This document shows, piece by piece, positions 62,344 to 64,000 of a stretch of DNA of 64,000 nt. The translations under genes were made by a program, and so were the position numbers. The stretch comes from Mytilus trossulus (Eukaryota): assembly GCF_036588685.1 (NCBI RefSeq), contig NC_086384.1, positions 31,062,001 to 31,126,000 on the forward strand. Reading direction: 5' to 3'. Position 1 is the stretch's first letter; each line of letters opens with the position of its first letter. The notes below the pieces were generated by a model. It was not told the DNA's origin. It ran no database searches and saw nothing but the letters and a program-made list of their open reading frames with translations.

Positions 62344-64000
62344 ATATCTTCCACTATTGTTAATAAATTATTTACATTGATCATGATAAAAATAAAATGA
62401 AATTGTTTTTTTATGAAAAAAGTGCAAGATTTACAATATTATATATGATTAAATTGAGAATGGAAACTGGGAAAACAGCCCTTCAAAAGGCAGAAAGCAG
62501 CCAAAGGCTGCCAATGGGTATTCAACAAAAAGAGAAAAAAGAGAAGTTATTAACATGCAAATAGTAAGATATGAATCTTGTATAAATGATTAAGACCGAC
62601 TAAGGCTAATTTGTGTGGCGGTAAGGGGGCGTGTTCCTGATCCCGAAATCTCGGGCTTCAAAACAAGAAACCCGAGATGTAGAATTTAAAAAAATGAATA
62701 TCCCAAAATCCCGTAAGGATCAATCCCCAAATCCCGAGCTTAAAAACAATCGATCCCGACGTCCAGAAAAAGGTCCTGCCTCCCTCTAATCTTAATCCTA
62801 CTTTTATTTTTGCCAAATCACTACTCTCACTTTAAACAATAAATTTGTACGTCCCATTTATTGGCATTTATTTTCTAGTCTGTGCATCCGTTCGTCCGTC
62901 CATCCGTCTGTCCCGCTTCAGGTGTTTGGTCGAGGTAGATTTTGATGAAGTTAAAGTCCAATCAACTCGAAACACAGTTAATATAGTGATGATGTGGCTT
63001 CCGTGTACTACGGACACATTCTTGTTTCCACATGTTTTACCTAATTGTCACTTTTATTAATTCAAGAGAAACAATTCCCAAATTACATGTTGTTGAAATT
63101 GTTATAAAAACTAAAAGGTTTAATTTGTTTATTTAATATTTTTATCTAAATTCACATTTCGCCTTAGTTCAATTCCCATCTGGCCTTAGTATATTTTTTA
63201 CCTTTTTTACCTGGAATTCACAGCTAAGGCGAATTGAGAACACACCTTTCATTTATATGCAACTGGTATATGACAGGGGCGAATCCAGAAATTTTCATAA
63301 GTGGGGGCCCACTGACTGCCTAGAGGGGCCCTCTCTGGTCACGCTTCAGTGATTCACTATATAATCAACCCTACATTTTTCCCAGAAAAGGGGGGCCAGG
63401 CCCCCTTCCCCCTCTATATGACCCTTTAAATAATAAACATTTCAAAGAAAACAATAGACAGAACACAGAGTGTCTCTATATATTAAAGTAGTATAATCGC
63501 AGTTTACGTGAAGATAAACGCGAAAAATAATTATCCTGTCTAAGGAGGTATAATTTTGTTATCGATCATACGATTGGTTGTACATGTGCATGTTTCAAAC
63601 TGGAAAGTCTTATCTATGACTAAAAGTCCGTCTGATGACGGAATCAATACCCAGACTCCTTTTTTGTCGTTTTTTCTCCAAAAGTAACTCAATCTGAATA
63701 ATCATAAGAATGGAAGACAAATGCGACTATGCAAGGTATGGATCCTTTTTATAATATTGTTGTAAGGTGTATAGACAATCTTTATCTTAAGAATAAAAAA
63801 AAACTACCTCGGGGAAACTTATAATTATGATCTACCTTAAGCCTGATCGTCTTATCGGATTACATACTTTCCTGTCTTTGGTTTTTCAAACTTTTTAAAA
63901 CAATGAATGATATTGCGGTCATATACCAATTTAAAGTCATATGAAAAGAGTGACTGGTGAAAAATAAATTAAAATGCTATTCCAATTCTTGAACCAATGC

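Overview
AT-rich, intron-containing animal DNA. The repeat families and gene types suggest a bivalve, probably Mytilus-like (inference). Three + strand immune-type genes are present. (1) The 3' part of a large Sushi/CCP (SCR) repeat gene: 18 one-domain-per-exon exons at 246-27851, all introns phase 1, about 1005 aa in the window, no C-terminal TM segment, and a 5-exon higher-order periodicity. (2) An apparently intact TNF-receptor-superfamily gene with CRDs, a TM helix and a death-domain-like tail (33252-38176). (3) A divergent tandem paralog (41823-55221) that lacks the large CRD exon and has a +1 frameshift in its first death-domain exon, so it is probably a pseudogene or misassembled. Its first intron holds a 3.15-kb non-autonomous element with about 510-bp TIRs, CACAGTG (RSS-heptamer-identical) ends and a perfect 5-bp TSD, i.e. 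Transib/RAG-like superfamily. Other mobile DNA: a decayed Penelope-like RT with no downstream GIY-YIG, minimal type I hammerhead ribozymes including a 330-nt tandem retrozyme-like pair, an L1/Tx1-type LINE with an SGNH-esterase-like ORF1 interrupted by a Helentron-type HINE, a decayed Academ transposon, and several MITEs and long hairpins. One assembly gap lies at 37717-37925. All calls come from manual reading; no database searches were run.
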